The notes: generated by a model from the sequence alone, not told the origin. 59,706 nucleotides of DNA from an uncultured Bacillales bacterium (GCA_946614095.1 CAMOGG010000003.1:1-59706); one strand, 5' to 3'; numbered from the stretch's first letter, positions 39,847 through 51,214 are shown. Translations and numbers: made by a program.

Positions 39847-39945
39847 TGATGTTTGGTTTTTACAGTAACTATTCTTTTAAATACAAAGTAATATCATAAT
39901 AAAATGATATAAAAATAACAATAAAATTCTAATAAGGAGGAATAT

Positions 39946-40467
39946 ATGGAATTATTAGATATCTATGATGATAAAGGAAATAAAACAGGAAGAACCGTGA
40001 TTAGAGGAGATAAAACGGAAAAGCTTAGTCCTCATGAACATATCGCAGTAGCAGTAATCTTTATTGAAAATGACCAAGGAGAATACTTAATTCAAAAAAC
40101 ATCAAAAGAAAAAGGAGGAGAGTACTCATCAACTGGTGGTCATATTGATCATAATGAAACTCCACTAAGTACCATTCAAAGAGAAGTAAAAGAAGAATTA
40201 GGAATAAATATAGAAAATGAAGTATTAGAAGAATATGGATTTATTTCCTATAATATGCCACTCTTTTATTTATTTTACTGGAAGAAGAATATTGATATAG
40301 AAGAGATAAAAGTTCAAAAAGAAGAAGTAGACTATGTAACATATTTATCAAAGCAGGAAATAGAAGACCTCATAAAAAATGGAGAAATGTTGCCATCTCA
40401 TGGATTCCTTTTTCAAAAATTACAAAGTAAAAAAACAAAGAACTATCAGAGAATAAAGAGACAATAA
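39946..40467 (+). CDS. NUDIX hydrolase
   Basis: GGHIDHNETPLSTIQREVKEELG. Confidence 0.9.
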   Translation: MELLDIYDDKGNKTGRTVIRGDKTEKLSPHEHIAVAVIFIENDQGEYLIQKTSKEKGGEYSSTGGHIDHNETPLSTIQREVKEELGINIENEVLEEYGFISYNMPLFYLFYWKKNIDIEEIKVQKEEVDYVTYLSKQEIEDLIKNGEMLPSHGFLFQKLQSKKTKNYQRIKRQ

Positions 40468-40523
40468 GTCTCTTTTTCTTTACTTTTTAGAAAAAATCGA
40501 TTATAATAGTAAGCCATCTATAG

Positions 40524-41078
40524 GTGGTGTTTGGTATGAATAAAAGAGCAAATTTATATTTAGATATATACGAATTTATAGCATTTATTCTTTCCCTATC
40601 TTGTATAGGGCTTTGTATGACATTAGGAGAATTATCTTTTCCTGTACCAGTAATATTGAACTATATTATTTTAGGAATTGGTGCATTATCTGCTATCATT
40701 TTTATATCCATAGAAGTTTTCTTGTTTTTACTGATGAAGACAAAATCTAGAATATTTTATCTTTTATTTATGATAATAGATGTTGTATGTGCAATCTTTA
40801 TCAATCGAATGATTCCGTTCTCAGCATTTTTAGTTTTTATTTTCTTCAGTATGATGAAAGATATCATAAGAATTAAACTAGTAGATAAATTATATATACC
40901 TAGAGAATTCAATCGTTATTGTAGAATGTTTAACATCAAAGTAAAAGATTTTCCTAAGAAACGTAAAGTAACATCTACACCAAAGAAAGAAAAAGAACAA
41001 GTAAAAGTAAAAGTAGAAAAACCAATATATGTAACAGAAACAAAGAAAAACAGTAAATCTGACAAAAGTTTTGCCTAA
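40524..41078 (+). CDS. Membrane protein with a basic tail
   Basis: Four TMs. Confidence 0.6.
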   Translation: MVFGMNKRANLYLDIYEFIAFILSLSCIGLCMTLGELSFPVPVILNYIILGIGALSAIIFISIEVFLFLLMKTKSRIFYLLFMIIDVVCAIFINRMIPFSAFLVFIFFSMMKDIIRIKLVDKLYIPREFNRYCRMFNIKVKDFPKKRKVTSTPKKEKEQVKVKVEKPIYVTETKKNSKSDKSFA

Positions 41079-41154
41079 AAGGTATCCAAATAAGGATATC
41101 TTTTCTTTTTTTAGAAGAAAAGTATGATATAATGAACACAATAGGAGGGATAAA

Positions 41155-41655
41155 ATGATATTAACAGTAAATAATATTACAACTACAAAAGAAGAACTTG
41201 AAAAATTAGATCGTACAGATCCATATAATGTGATTGGGGGATATATTCAATCCATTACAGAATTTGATTCTAAAAATCCAGATATTTTCTATGAAAAATT
41301 ACAAGTATTAGAAGGAACATATCAACCATTAAGTGCTATTATGAAACAAAATATCAAAGATAGAATGATGCAAAATGACAAATATTCTTACATAGGAAAA
41401 TCATATTTTAAAGGCTCAACTCCAGAAAATGACTATACTCCAACAGAACCATATCAAATAGAAATAACTGAAAATCCATATACAGATGCAGAAGAAGGAT
41501 ATAAAAAACTATTTGTTCAAAGTGGAGGAGCAGATAATCCAAGAGGAATCACACTAAGACTTGCGAAAGATGGGAATTATTACATATGGAGTGATTCTTT
41601 CATGGGAACATTAGCAGATATTAGGCCATTAGAGTCTACCAATCCATGGGTTTAA
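41155..41655 (+). CDS. Conserved hypothetical protein
   Basis: SYFKGSTPENDYTP, SGGADNPR, NPW motifs. Confidence 0.65.
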   Translation: MILTVNNITTTKEELEKLDRTDPYNVIGGYIQSITEFDSKNPDIFYEKLQVLEGTYQPLSAIMKQNIKDRMMQNDKYSYIGKSYFKGSTPENDYTPTEPYQIEITENPYTDAEEGYKKLFVQSGGADNPRGITLRLAKDGNYYIWSDSFMGTLADIRPLESTNPWV

Positions 41656-41689
41656 TAAAATAATAAATAGATAAAGGGGAGAAGTTACA

Positions 41690-42187
41690 ATGTTTTGTCG
41701 AAATTGTGGAGAAAAATTAGAAGATGGTGATAGGTTCTGTATAAAATGTGGAACACCCATAGTACAACAACATGAAATAGGAAACATAATTCAAGAGGAA
41801 AATAATTCCAATAATCAGTTAAACCAATTGAATCCTACTGTAGTAAATAATAAAGTAATAGATAATAATATGTCAGAAGAAGATAAAAAGAATGCAAATA
41901 TGCTCTGCATTATATCATTAATATTAACTTATGGGTCTGGAATATTTCCTATATTTTCAGTACTAGAAAATCCTGATTCTAATAATATTTTTAGTATTCT
42001 TTGTAGTATGGGACCTTTGATTGGCTTAGTATTAATGATAATAGCAAGAATAAAATATCCAAATAGTAAATTTGCAAAAGTAGTAATGTGGATATATATC
42101 ATTAATATTATCATTATGATGATTGGACTTCTGCTATTAATAATAACTTGTTATGCTGCAATTCAATCTTGTAGCGGAATGGGATAA
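41690..42187 (+). CDS. Zinc-ribbon membrane protein
   Basis: FCRNCG..FCIKCG; three TMs. Confidence 0.75.
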   Translation: MFCRNCGEKLEDGDRFCIKCGTPIVQQHEIGNIIQEENNSNNQLNQLNPTVVNNKVIDNNMSEEDKKNANMLCIISLILTYGSGIFPIFSVLENPDSNNIFSILCSMGPLIGLVLMIIARIKYPNSKFAKVVMWIYIINIIIMMIGLLLLIITCYAAIQSCSGMG

Positions 42188-42189
42188 AA

Positions 42190-42873
42190 ATGATTATTCA
42201 CCAAATAAAATTTCCTATTTATGGAATAATTATTTTCCTATCAATAATAATTGGAATGATTTACATTTATCATTCACTAAAAAAAAATCATTATCAAGAT
42301 AAAAACATTTTATTATATTTTCTAATGTATGTAGCCTTCTCAATTATAATTGGAAAAATATATACGATGATTACAAGTCCAGAACAAAATAATATCATAA
42401 CTGCAGGACTATCTTCTTATGGAGGGTTAATAGGAGTGATTCTTTCTGCTTTTATCTTTGAAAAAATATTACCATTAAATAATCAGTTAATAAAATATTC
42501 CATTCTTTCCCTTCCTTTAGTATATAGCCTATCTAAAATTGCTTGTTTTATTGTAGGATGCTGTAATGGGATACCTTATAGTAGATTTGGATATGTAATA
42601 TATAAGGAAGGATTAAATATTCCACAATTTCCAATTCAAATAGTAGAAACAATTGTTTTTTTAGGAGTATTCTTAATCTGTAACATTTATCGTGAAAAGA
42701 AAAATATAATATTTTGGACCATAATATCATCTGCCAGTATAAAATTTCTATTAGATTATTTGAGATACGATCATTTAGAAAAGATGATAACAAATAATCA
42801 AATTTTTAGTATTATTATCATTATAATAGTAGGAGTAGTTTTCTCTTTTCATAATTTAAAAAATCATATATAA
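42190..42873 (+). CDS. Lgt-like (prolipoprotein diacylglyceryl transferase family) membrane protein
   Basis: GLSSYGGLIG, KIACFIVGCCNG, PIQIVE, LDYLR. Confidence 0.75.
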   Translation: MIIHQIKFPIYGIIIFLSIIIGMIYIYHSLKKNHYQDKNILLYFLMYVAFSIIIGKIYTMITSPEQNNIITAGLSSYGGLIGVILSAFIFEKILPLNNQLIKYSILSLPLVYSLSKIACFIVGCCNGIPYSRFGYVIYKEGLNIPQFPIQIVETIVFLGVFLICNIYREKKNIIFWTIISSASIKFLLDYLRYDHLEKMITNNQIFSIIIIIIVGVVFSFHNLKNHI

Positions 42874-42900
42874 TGATAATAGAAAATATGGAGTGATAAC

Positions 42901-43902
42901 ATGCCTAGAAAAAAAACAAAAAAAGAACTAGAAAAAGAGAAAAGACGAAAAAGAACAATACTATTGTTAATTCTTTTACTATTAACAGGAATACTTGGAA
43001 CTGTAACATATGCTTGGTTTTCTTCCAATATGAAATTAACAATAGATGCAATGGATATTAATATTGATACGATGTCAGGAATTCAGGTATCAGTAGATGG
43101 AATAAAATGGAGCAATAATGTAACCAAAGATGATATCGTAAATGCCTATAAAACATATCCATCTGCAACAAATCAATTACCAGAAACATTAGCTGGCTGT
43201 TCTACAGATGGGAGTGCTTCCGGTAAAACAATGAATATGTTTTATGGAGATACAAGGCTACATGGAGATGAAGGATACTTTTTAACCGCAACAAAACAAA
43301 CAGAGATTAATTGTGTCGGAGATGAGCAGTGTCAAGGAAAGCACTATATTGCCTTTGATATTTTTATTCTCCTAAACCAAGATACAAATTTAGTTGTTAC
43401 TGGAGAATCTTTTGTAAACAACAAAAGTGAAGAAATCCAAGGCGGAGAAAATAGTGCAAGAATTGGATTTGTAAATTTAGGAACGACAACGGATACTGTA
43501 AATGGTGTCGGAGCCCAATCATTAGGAAATGCAACAGGAAGTGTGATATGGGAACCAAATTATGATACTCATACAGAACATGGAGTAGAAAATGCTCAAA
43601 AAATATATGGAATAACAACCTCTCAGACAGGAGGGCAAAGATTACCATATAAAGGAATTAATAGTGAAATAACAGGAAAAGGGGTAAACATTTCAGCTAC
43701 AGATTCTAGTCCATACTTCACTTCAGTGAATCCTCAAATATCTACTCCAAAAGGATTTACAACAGATCAAGATATGGCATCTTTCTCAAGAGGAATTACA
43801 AAACTAAGAATTTATTTTTGGCTAGAAGGACAAGATGTAGATTTAGAAAACAAAGTAAGTGGTGGACAATTAGAATTTAAATTAGAAATGGCAATCAAAT
43901 AA
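42901..43902 (+). CDS. Stand-alone SipW-class exported protein
   Basis: GTVTYA|WFSSN signal; C-terminal IYFWLEGQD.D. Confidence 0.7.
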   Translation: MPRKKTKKELEKEKRRKRTILLLILLLLTGILGTVTYAWFSSNMKLTIDAMDINIDTMSGIQVSVDGIKWSNNVTKDDIVNAYKTYPSATNQLPETLAGCSTDGSASGKTMNMFYGDTRLHGDEGYFLTATKQTEINCVGDEQCQGKHYIAFDIFILLNQDTNLVVTGESFVNNKSEEIQGGENSARIGFVNLGTTTDTVNGVGAQSLGNATGSVIWEPNYDTHTEHGVENAQKIYGITTSQTGGQRLPYKGINSEITGKGVNISATDSSPYFTSVNPQISTPKGFTTDQDMASFSRGITKLRIYFWLEGQDVDLENKVSGGQLEFKLEMAIK

Positions 43903-43929
43903 AAAATCTAACAAAACAGTTAGATTTTT

Positions 43930-45717
43930 TTAATATCTTTCTAAACTATGGAAATTACTTCCGCCACTATAGTCATCTGGGTCCGTACTCTGTTCTCTCC
44001 AAATTAAATCAATACTAGTAGCAGTATTATTTTTTACTTGTAAAGGATCCATAACATTCGTGGTATTTTTCTTAGAATTATAACCATAGAAGATAATTGC
44101 ATGATTATATTTTTTCTTTCCAAATCGTCCATTTCCCATTGCAGCAAATACAATCTTACCATCCTTTAATGCTTCAATTAATTCTTCTTTTGATTCAATA
44201 GCAGTTCTTTTTACTCCATAATATTCAGCTGCTTTTACAATAGCTTGACCACTACTTCCTTGAGTTCTTTTATTAAATTCATTAGTTTGAGAATATAAAT
44301 AATTAGCTACATCAGTAGGTAAAATCGTCCTACCTAATATTCCTTGAAAAGCCATAGCCATCGATGTAGGTGCACAACCAGTACTTCCGAAAGGATATTT
44401 TCCATAATAAACTCTATTCCAACGAGCATCCTTTTGATTATAGTAAACTGGTTTGTAGGAAACCTTTTCAATATAATGATTTTTAGTAGGCAATTGATTT
44501 TTATTAGAATCTTTTTTGAAAAACAATTTAATTTGAATTGCTTCAATAGAGTAGTGATTAACTCCAGCAATTTCACCATTTTTAGCCCAACCAAGCCAAC
44601 CATAGTTAGCAGAATGAACTCTATAATAAATATCATATTCCTCTGCAATTTCATCAGTTAAAGAAATTCGAATAAGCTGAATAGCTTTTGCTTGACCCAT
44701 AGTTCCAGAAAAAGAATGATCCTCAATATCTTCTTCTTCCCAACCCTTTCCTTCAACAAATGAATTATAAATGATATTACCATTTAAACTTGTATTGAAA
44801 TGAATCTGAAAAGCTTCTACTCTTTTTGATTTACCAGTAGTTCCTGCTATATTGCCTTCTAAAACTTCTTCCTGAGTTCCATAATCTTGTCCATGAACTT
44901 GATACTGAATTGTTGTATTTTTAATAACAAAACTTTTTTCGTCTGTAGAAATACTAGTATCATTTTTCTCCACTAACTTAATTTGAATAGACTCTAATCT
45001 TTTTCCTAATCCCTGACTACCTGCCGCTTCACCGTTTTTTGTCCAACCAAGCCATCCAAAGTCTTCAATATGTACACGGTAATAAATATCATAATAATTG
45101 GAAACATCTCCAACCAATCGTATCTTAATAGCTTCTAATCGTTTTGATTGATGTTCTGTTCCAGATAGAATTCCATTTCCAACATAATTTTGCCAACCAA
45201 TATCTTGAACATGAGAACTATACTCAATAGAACCATCAATGTTACCAGTTAAAAAAATCTTAATTGCTTCAAGTCTCTTTGACTGATGTTCAGTACCAGA
45301 AAGATCACCATCTCCGACAACATTTTGCCAACCAATATCTTGAACATGCGACTGATAAGTAATAGAACTCTTCTTTTCAATTTCAATATTTTCTTCAGAA
45401 GTAGTATCTTCTTCTTTAGAATCATAATAATGAATTTCAATTCTTTTTTCATCAGATGATATATTTTTATATTTAAGAACCAAGTTACAGTAATCAAGAG
45501 AACATGTAATATCTTTTTCAATCGAATCATCAATCTTTTCATTGATGATAGAGAGCAAGTTTTCTTTTATCTGATCATGATTGGAAAAAGTATATTGATT
45601 ATCAATCTTTAATAACTCTTCATTAAGCATTTCCTTTGAGTAAATAGCCTCATCTAAAGCAAAAACTGGAGTCAGTAATGATGATAATAAAATCATCATG
45701 ATAAACTTTTTTTTCAC
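43930..45717 (-). CDS. Secreted ChW-repeat protein with a C39-like cysteine peptidase (GTG start inferred)
   Basis: HVQDIGWQ..GTEHQSKRLEAIKI repeats; YNQKD..GCAPTSMAM..HAI..DP; AGGTGA RBS before GTG at 45717. Confidence 0.85.
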   Translation of the reverse strand: MKKKFIMMILLSSLLTPVFALDEAIYSKEMLNEELLKIDNQYTFSNHDQIKENLLSIINEKIDDSIEKDITCSLDYCNLVLKYKNISSDEKRIEIHYYDSKEEDTTSEENIEIEKKSSITYQSHVQDIGWQNVVGDGDLSGTEHQSKRLEAIKIFLTGNIDGSIEYSSHVQDIGWQNYVGNGILSGTEHQSKRLEAIKIRLVGDVSNYYDIYYRVHIEDFGWLGWTKNGEAAGSQGLGKRLESIQIKLVEKNDTSISTDEKSFVIKNTTIQYQVHGQDYGTQEEVLEGNIAGTTGKSKRVEAFQIHFNTSLNGNIIYNSFVEGKGWEEEDIEDHSFSGTMGQAKAIQLIRISLTDEIAEEYDIYYRVHSANYGWLGWAKNGEIAGVNHYSIEAIQIKLFFKKDSNKNQLPTKNHYIEKVSYKPVYYNQKDARWNRVYYGKYPFGSTGCAPTSMAMAFQGILGRTILPTDVANYLYSQTNEFNKRTQGSSGQAIVKAAEYYGVKRTAIESKEELIEALKDGKIVFAAMGNGRFGKKKYNHAIIFYGYNSKKNTTNVMDPLQVKNNTATSIDLIWREQSTDPDDYSGGSNFHSLERY

Positions 45718-46009
45718 AATATCACCTGCCAATTCCATATATACTTCTATATCTATTATAAAGTAAGATAAGAAATCAGTAACCCCATTTCCAAAAATTA
45801 TACAGTTTAGAGTGTCAAATAAAGATAGGAAACGATTCATAATAAGTTTTTTTTAACCATCATGTTAATTGACAACAGGTGATAATGATAAACAAAAATC
45901 ATATAGAATTTTATAAAAATAATTTCAAAAGAAAAAATAACATTTTATGTAAGAAAGTGAAATTGTTTTTTTTTAATAATATTGCTATAATGATAAAGAG
46001 GATGATGAT

Positions 46010-46699
46010 ATGTTAAAGAACAAAAAAGGATTCATAGGAATAATCATATTATCTATACTTTTTATTGGTATACTATTTTATTTTCAAAATAATAAAAAAA
46101 TGAATTATAAAAAAGTATTAGAAAATCAAAACTATGATATAGTTTATGATAAATTAAAAACTGAAAAAGACCAAGTTCCTTATATTAATATTAATAATAA
46201 TATCATTAAAAATATCAATAAAGAAATAGATTCCCTATATCAATATTATTTAATATATTCACCAAATGGTTTTCATTATCAATATAATATTAGTGATGAT
46301 ATTTTATCCATTATTATAACTGCTTCCGTCATTCAACCAGAAAGTACTCACTATGATATCTTATATAAGTCATATAACATTGATTTAAATACAATAAAGC
46401 CATTAAAAAATGAAGAAATATTAAAGAAATATAATATTACAGAAGAAAAAATGAAGTATTATTTATCCAATAAATTTTTAAATTATTATAATGATTTAAT
46501 TAAACAAAAATATTTTACAGAAGAAGAATGTAATTTTAAATGTTTTTTGGAAAATAAAAATGTAGAAAATATATTAGAAGATAATAATTATTATATTAAT
46601 CATGGTCACTTAGAGTTATACAAGTATTTTAATATTTTTACAGATTATCAAGAAGAAAATTATTTTAATGAAGAAAGTTTCCATTTTGTGATTACTTAA
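46010..46699 (+). CDS. Membrane-anchored exported protein
   Basis: N-terminal TM; PYIN..INKEI..ILSIII..YNIDL. Confidence 0.6.
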   Translation: MLKNKKGFIGIIILSILFIGILFYFQNNKKMNYKKVLENQNYDIVYDKLKTEKDQVPYININNNIIKNINKEIDSLYQYYLIYSPNGFHYQYNISDDILSIIITASVIQPESTHYDILYKSYNIDLNTIKPLKNEEILKKYNITEEKMKYYLSNKFLNYYNDLIKQKYFTEEECNFKCFLENKNVENILEDNNYYINHGHLELYKYFNIFTDYQEENYFNEESFHFVIT

Positions 46700-46711
46700 G
46701 AGGTGTAGTAA

Positions 46712-47782
46712 ATGCTAATATTAAACTGTGAAAATCTAATTAGCTCTTGCTGTAGTGATTATGCACTGGCTAAGAGTTTATCTATTGTAAATAATATTCT
46801 TCAATTAATTCATATTATTATACCAATTCTATTAATTATCATGGCAATTAAAAATCTAATAGAATTGATGCAAGACCCTCTTGAAAAAAAACTGGTAAAA
46901 AAACTAATGAATAAAGTTTTAGCAACTATAATTATTTTCTTTATTCCAACAATTGTAAATGCTACATTAAAAATGGTATCAAATAGCAATGATATATATG
47001 CTTGCTTAAAAGCAGGAAGTCAATTAGAAACGATGGCTAAAAATGATGAAATAATCTATCAAACTATTACAGAAGAAAAAAAATACAGTATTATTAGTAA
47101 TCCTAAAGACTATGAAAAAGGAGAGAAAGAAGAAAATATTACAAATAATAATGATTACCAAGATTCATCAATTAGTAGTAACGGTAATATTTTATTAATA
47201 GCTGGTCATTCTTATTCACCTTATTGTTCTCAGGGAGGACTTGGAGATTGTCGTGGAGTGAGTGCTAGATCTGGTTATGCAGAAGAAGTAGAAACAAGAA
47301 AACTAGTAAAATTAATTAAATCAAATCTAGACAATTTAGGAGTAAAAAGTGATATTGCCAATGCCATGATGGCAGGAGATAATGATAAAATGAATAAATC
47401 ATTTTTTATAGAAAGTAGATTAAATACAGCATTATTTAATAAATTTGATTGGAATCATTATAAGTTTGTTTTAGAAGTACATTTTAATGCTACTTCTGGA
47501 TCTCCAGCTCAAGGGACACTTTTATGTAAAAAAAGTTCATCATATAATACTCCAGCAGATAATGATATAGTAAATGCTGTAATTTCTCATACAGGAAATA
47601 GACGATTACAAGATTCTATTCAGCCATTAAACAATGTATCCTATTTTACAAAAAGAAATATTCCAATCGTATATTTAGAAACAGAATTTTATGATAATGC
47701 TTCAGCTATGAAAAAATATACAGCTCAAATAAATGGAATAGCTAGAGATATAGCACTTGCTATACAAAAACATTATGGATAA
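46712..47782 (+). CDS. N-acetylmuramoyl-L-alanine amidase (Amidase_3) with N-terminal TMs
   Basis: LIAGH, EEVETR, EVHFNA, YLETEF. Confidence 0.8.
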   Translation: MLILNCENLISSCCSDYALAKSLSIVNNILQLIHIIIPILLIIMAIKNLIELMQDPLEKKLVKKLMNKVLATIIIFFIPTIVNATLKMVSNSNDIYACLKAGSQLETMAKNDEIIYQTITEEKKYSIISNPKDYEKGEKEENITNNNDYQDSSISSNGNILLIAGHSYSPYCSQGGLGDCRGVSARSGYAEEVETRKLVKLIKSNLDNLGVKSDIANAMMAGDNDKMNKSFFIESRLNTALFNKFDWNHYKFVLEVHFNATSGSPAQGTLLCKKSSSYNTPADNDIVNAVISHTGNRRLQDSIQPLNNVSYFTKRNIPIVYLETEFYDNASAMKKYTAQINGIARDIALAIQKHYG

Positions 47783-47869
47783 AAAATATTAATAAAAAAG
47801 TAACACAATCATTTGTGTTACTTTACTTTATAACAAAAGATACGATAAAATCGAACTCTCCACAGTGGA

Positions 47870-48067
47870 TTGGAGATGATGTCAATACTTTAATAGACCT
47901 TTCTCTACCTTTTTTTGACCTTGAGTACGAAAGGTAAGAAATTCGAAGGTCTAGCCTGTAAGGGGTAGGATGGAAATAGTCCTTATTATTACTAAAAGTA
48001 TATAAATCGTAAAAAAAATCAAAACAAAAGAATCGCAAGGGGTGTGGGGGCAAGCGATTCTTTTATT
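47870..48067 (+). repeat. Left copy of a ~200-bp structured inverted repeat flanking the defence island
   Basis: Colinear blocks match the reverse complement of 59163-59361. Confidence 0.85.
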
Positions 48068-48253
48068 AAAAGTAGAAGCAGAAACTAAAGAAAAAGCACT
48101 TTTGTTGAGAACTATTGAAAGAATTAAAATAATTCAATAATTTTTTAAGTCAAATAAAATGATTTTTTAAATTATTTATGTTATACTTATAATAGCTGAT
48201 TAAAACTATAACTATGATTATAGTTTTTTTGTTTTGTAGGAGAGATATAGTAT

Positions 48254-49693
48254 ATGAATTACAAATATAATTTAATAGATTTGAATAACATTATAGATAA
48301 AGATGTTGAAGAAATAAAAGATTATTTTAGATTTAATGGGATAAATAAGTTTGATAAAAACGATATAGAAACATTGCTTGTATTCTCCAGAAAAATCAAT
48401 AATAAACAAGGTTTCAATGTTTCTTATAATATAGACAGATTAGACAAAGAGTTTGATTTAATAAAATATGGTAATGACATATTAGTTAATATAGAATTGA
48501 AACTAACAAGTAGAGATATTGAACAATGCGAAAACAATTATAAAATATTAAAAAAATATTATAATAAAGAAAAAATATATGTTTTTTGCTATGAAGAAAA
48601 GAAAGACATTATATTAAAGTATAATGACGGAGCTAAAATGTTTGATGACTCTTCATTTGAAGAGTTAAATAGCATAATGGATAAAATAATAAACCCTAGA
48701 ATTATTAATATAAATTTAAATATATCATCAGTATATATTAATCCGGATTTTTACTTAAATAATAATTATGATCTATCCAATAGCCAACAAATCACAAAAA
48801 ATAAAACAATAAACTCACAAGAAAAAATAATACTTATTTCTGGAAGAGCAGGAACCGGAAAATCTTTATTAGCATTGGATTTATATAGTTACTATATAAA
48901 CAATGATAAGAAGGTTATTTATTTAACTCCATTTAAAGTGAATAATCTAGTAAGCTCTGAACTAAAACAAAAAGTTAAAATGAGAACAGTAAAAAGTTTT
49001 TTAGATTCAATAAGAAAAGAAAATTATGATATTGCAATAATTGATGAAGCACAGAGATTAAAAGAAGAAGATATCAAAAAATTACAAATAAAGATAAACG
49101 AAAAAATTATAATGCTCGGTGATATAAATCAGACAGTTGACTTTGAGCAAGGATTTAAAAAATTATATGAAAGCAATATTGAAGGAAAATTCAATATCTA
49201 TCAAGTCATAAGAACAGATGATACTTTTGATTTTTTTGCGAGAAAAGTACTTAAAAAGCCTACTAATGTGATAAAGAATAAAAAGATAGACTTAAACAAA
49301 ATAAAAATTTATATGAAAGATGATATAAACATCCCAAATCTATCTGAATATACATACATTGAGCCAGCTCAATCAAGATACTTTGCCAGTTGCTTTGACA
49401 AGTGTGAGAAACATTCGTGTAAGATGATCTATGATATTTGTAGCGTTTCTAAAACAACATATGACGTAATTAGCCAAGAGTATAACAAAGTTGTAATATT
49501 TTTTTGTGATAGGTATTTTTTAAACTCAGAAGAAAAAATATCATGTAGTCCAGGAGTATGTTATGGATACTTAGAAAACCAACTATACACTATAATGACA
49601 AGAACAGTAGAAGAATTAGTAATAATTGTTGAAGACATAATTATTTATAATTATTTAAATAGAATTAAAGAAAATATAATGAGAAATAAATGA
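48254..49693 (+). CDS. Nuclease-helicase fusion (PD-(D/E)xK + DUF2075/Schlafen-associated SF1-like helicase)
   Basis: EFDLIK..NIELK; SGRAGTGKS; IIDEAQR; GDINQ; SQEY; IMTR. Confidence 0.75.
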   Translation: MNYKYNLIDLNNIIDKDVEEIKDYFRFNGINKFDKNDIETLLVFSRKINNKQGFNVSYNIDRLDKEFDLIKYGNDILVNIELKLTSRDIEQCENNYKILKKYYNKEKIYVFCYEEKKDIILKYNDGAKMFDDSSFEELNSIMDKIINPRIININLNISSVYINPDFYLNNNYDLSNSQQITKNKTINSQEKIILISGRAGTGKSLLALDLYSYYINNDKKVIYLTPFKVNNLVSSELKQKVKMRTVKSFLDSIRKENYDIAIIDEAQRLKEEDIKKLQIKINEKIIMLGDINQTVDFEQGFKKLYESNIEGKFNIYQVIRTDDTFDFFARKVLKKPTNVIKNKKIDLNKIKIYMKDDINIPNLSEYTYIEPAQSRYFASCFDKCEKHSCKMIYDICSVSKTTYDVISQEYNKVVIFFCDRYFLNSEEKISCSPGVCYGYLENQLYTIMTRTVEELVIIVEDIIIYNYLNRIKENIMRNK

Positions 49694-49720
49694 TTTTAAT
49701 TAATTATTTGTTATGATATA

Positions 49721-51214
49721 ATGGTATATATGATAGTAAGGATGGTGATTTGGATGACTGATATTTATACTTATGAAAAAAGTTTAAAGCCCAGTAAGAA
49801 AAAATCAATGGGTATTTTTTATACCGATTCCAAATTAGCTAATTATATGATTAACACTATCAATATTAAACCCTCTGACAAAGTTATAGATCCTTCGTGT
49901 GGAAATGGTGTTTTTATTAGATGCTTAATAGACAAATTTAAAAATAAATTCATTCCTTCTAATGTATTTGGAGTTGATTATGATAAAGACATTATTAACT
50001 TACTAAAAGACAATTTATCTAATGTATATAGCGAAAATGATTTGCTAACAAACATTGTTTATGGTAATAGTTTGGGTAATAGAGTGAAATGTATGAATAT
50101 AAAAGATGACAATGATAAGTATGACTTTATCATTGGAAATCCCCCTTATGTTCCTGCTAAAGATGGAAAAAATTATAATTCAAAATTATTTAGTTATAAA
50201 AAGTATATATCTACTAGCGTAAATTTATCGATGATAATGCTAGTAAGATCTATGGATTTAATTAAAGAAGCTGGAATCATCTCGTTTATTTTACCTAAGA
50301 ATATATTGCATGTTGAATGTTATGACAAATTGAGAAAAGAGTTACTATCAAAGTATACAATTATAGAAATAGTTGATTTGGGTATTTATTTTAAAGGAGT
50401 AAGAGGAGAACAGATAATTCTTACTATAAAGAAAAAAGTACCATCATCAAATCATAAAATTGTAATTAAGCATTTAATAAATAAAAAAGATTTTATAATG
50501 AATTCTACTGAAATTAAACAAAATATCTTTATTAAGAACAATATTATTGTTTTATATAGTAGTAATCAAGAAATAGAATTACTTGAAAAGCTTCAAAATT
50601 CAGGATTAAAATTAGTTGAATTGGTGGATGGGAATATTTTTAGAGGGGTAGCTGTAGATAATAAGAATAAAACATATAAAACATATAGAGGAAGAGATAT
50701 TGGAAAGTTTTCTGTTAAAGAATGTATTAATGCAAACCCTATAGATTTAAAAAACGCTAAAATACAGTTATTAACAAGAAATAAGTTGATTCTTCAAAAC
50801 ATTTTTTCATCAGAGGCAGGTATAATTGCTTCGTATGTAAATGATGGAAGTATATCTAATGAAACAGTAACGAATATTGTTCATCATGACGATGAATTAT
50901 TGAAGTATTTATTAGGTTTATTGAATTCTAAGTTAATAAACTATTATCTAATCATAAAAATATATAATGATTCTAGATTGACTATGCATACTGATAAAAA
51001 GTATATTGGGGAAATTCCAATTATCATTTCCAAAGATTATTATTATAAGATAATAAAAATTGTTGAAAGAGCTTTAAATAAAGATTATAATAAATTACCA
51101 GAAATAACTAAGGAAATTGATAAATTGGTTTATGAAATATATAAATTAGAAGATTCTGATATAGAAATTGTTGAAAACAGAATAAAAAATATATTTTCAG
51201 AGGAGTGGATTTAA
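49721..51214 (+). CDS. N6-adenine DNA methyltransferase, gamma class (TaqI/Eco57I-like)
   Basis: GIFYT, DPSCGNG, GNPPY, C-terminal TaqI_C-like LLGLLNSKL. Confidence 0.9.
   Translation: MVYMIVRMVIWMTDIYTYEKSLKPSKKKSMGIFYTDSKLANYMINTINIKPSDKVIDPSCGNGVFIRCLIDKFKNKFIPSNVFGVDYDKDIINLLKDNLSNVYSENDLLTNIVYGNSLGNRVKCMNIKDDNDKYDFIIGNPPYVPAKDGKNYNSKLFSYKKYISTSVNLSMIMLVRSMDLIKEAGIISFILPKNILHVECYDKLRKELLSKYTIIEIVDLGIYFKGVRGEQIILTIKKKVPSSNHKIVIKHLINKKDFIMNSTEIKQNIFIKNNIIVLYSSNQEIELLEKLQNSGLKLVELVDGNIFRGVAVDNKNKTYKTYRGRDIGKFSVKECINANPIDLKNAKIQLLTRNKLILQNIFSSEAGIIASYVNDGSISNETVTNIVHHDDELLKYLLGLLNSKLINYYLIIKIYNDSRLTMHTDKKYIGEIPIIISKDYYYKIIKIVERALNKDYNKLPEITKEIDKLVYEIYKLEDSDIEIVENRIKNIFSEEWI

Noticed and set aside
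47823-48053. 76-aa minus-strand ORF
   Set aside because: Lies in the non-coding repeat and is not preserved in the second copy
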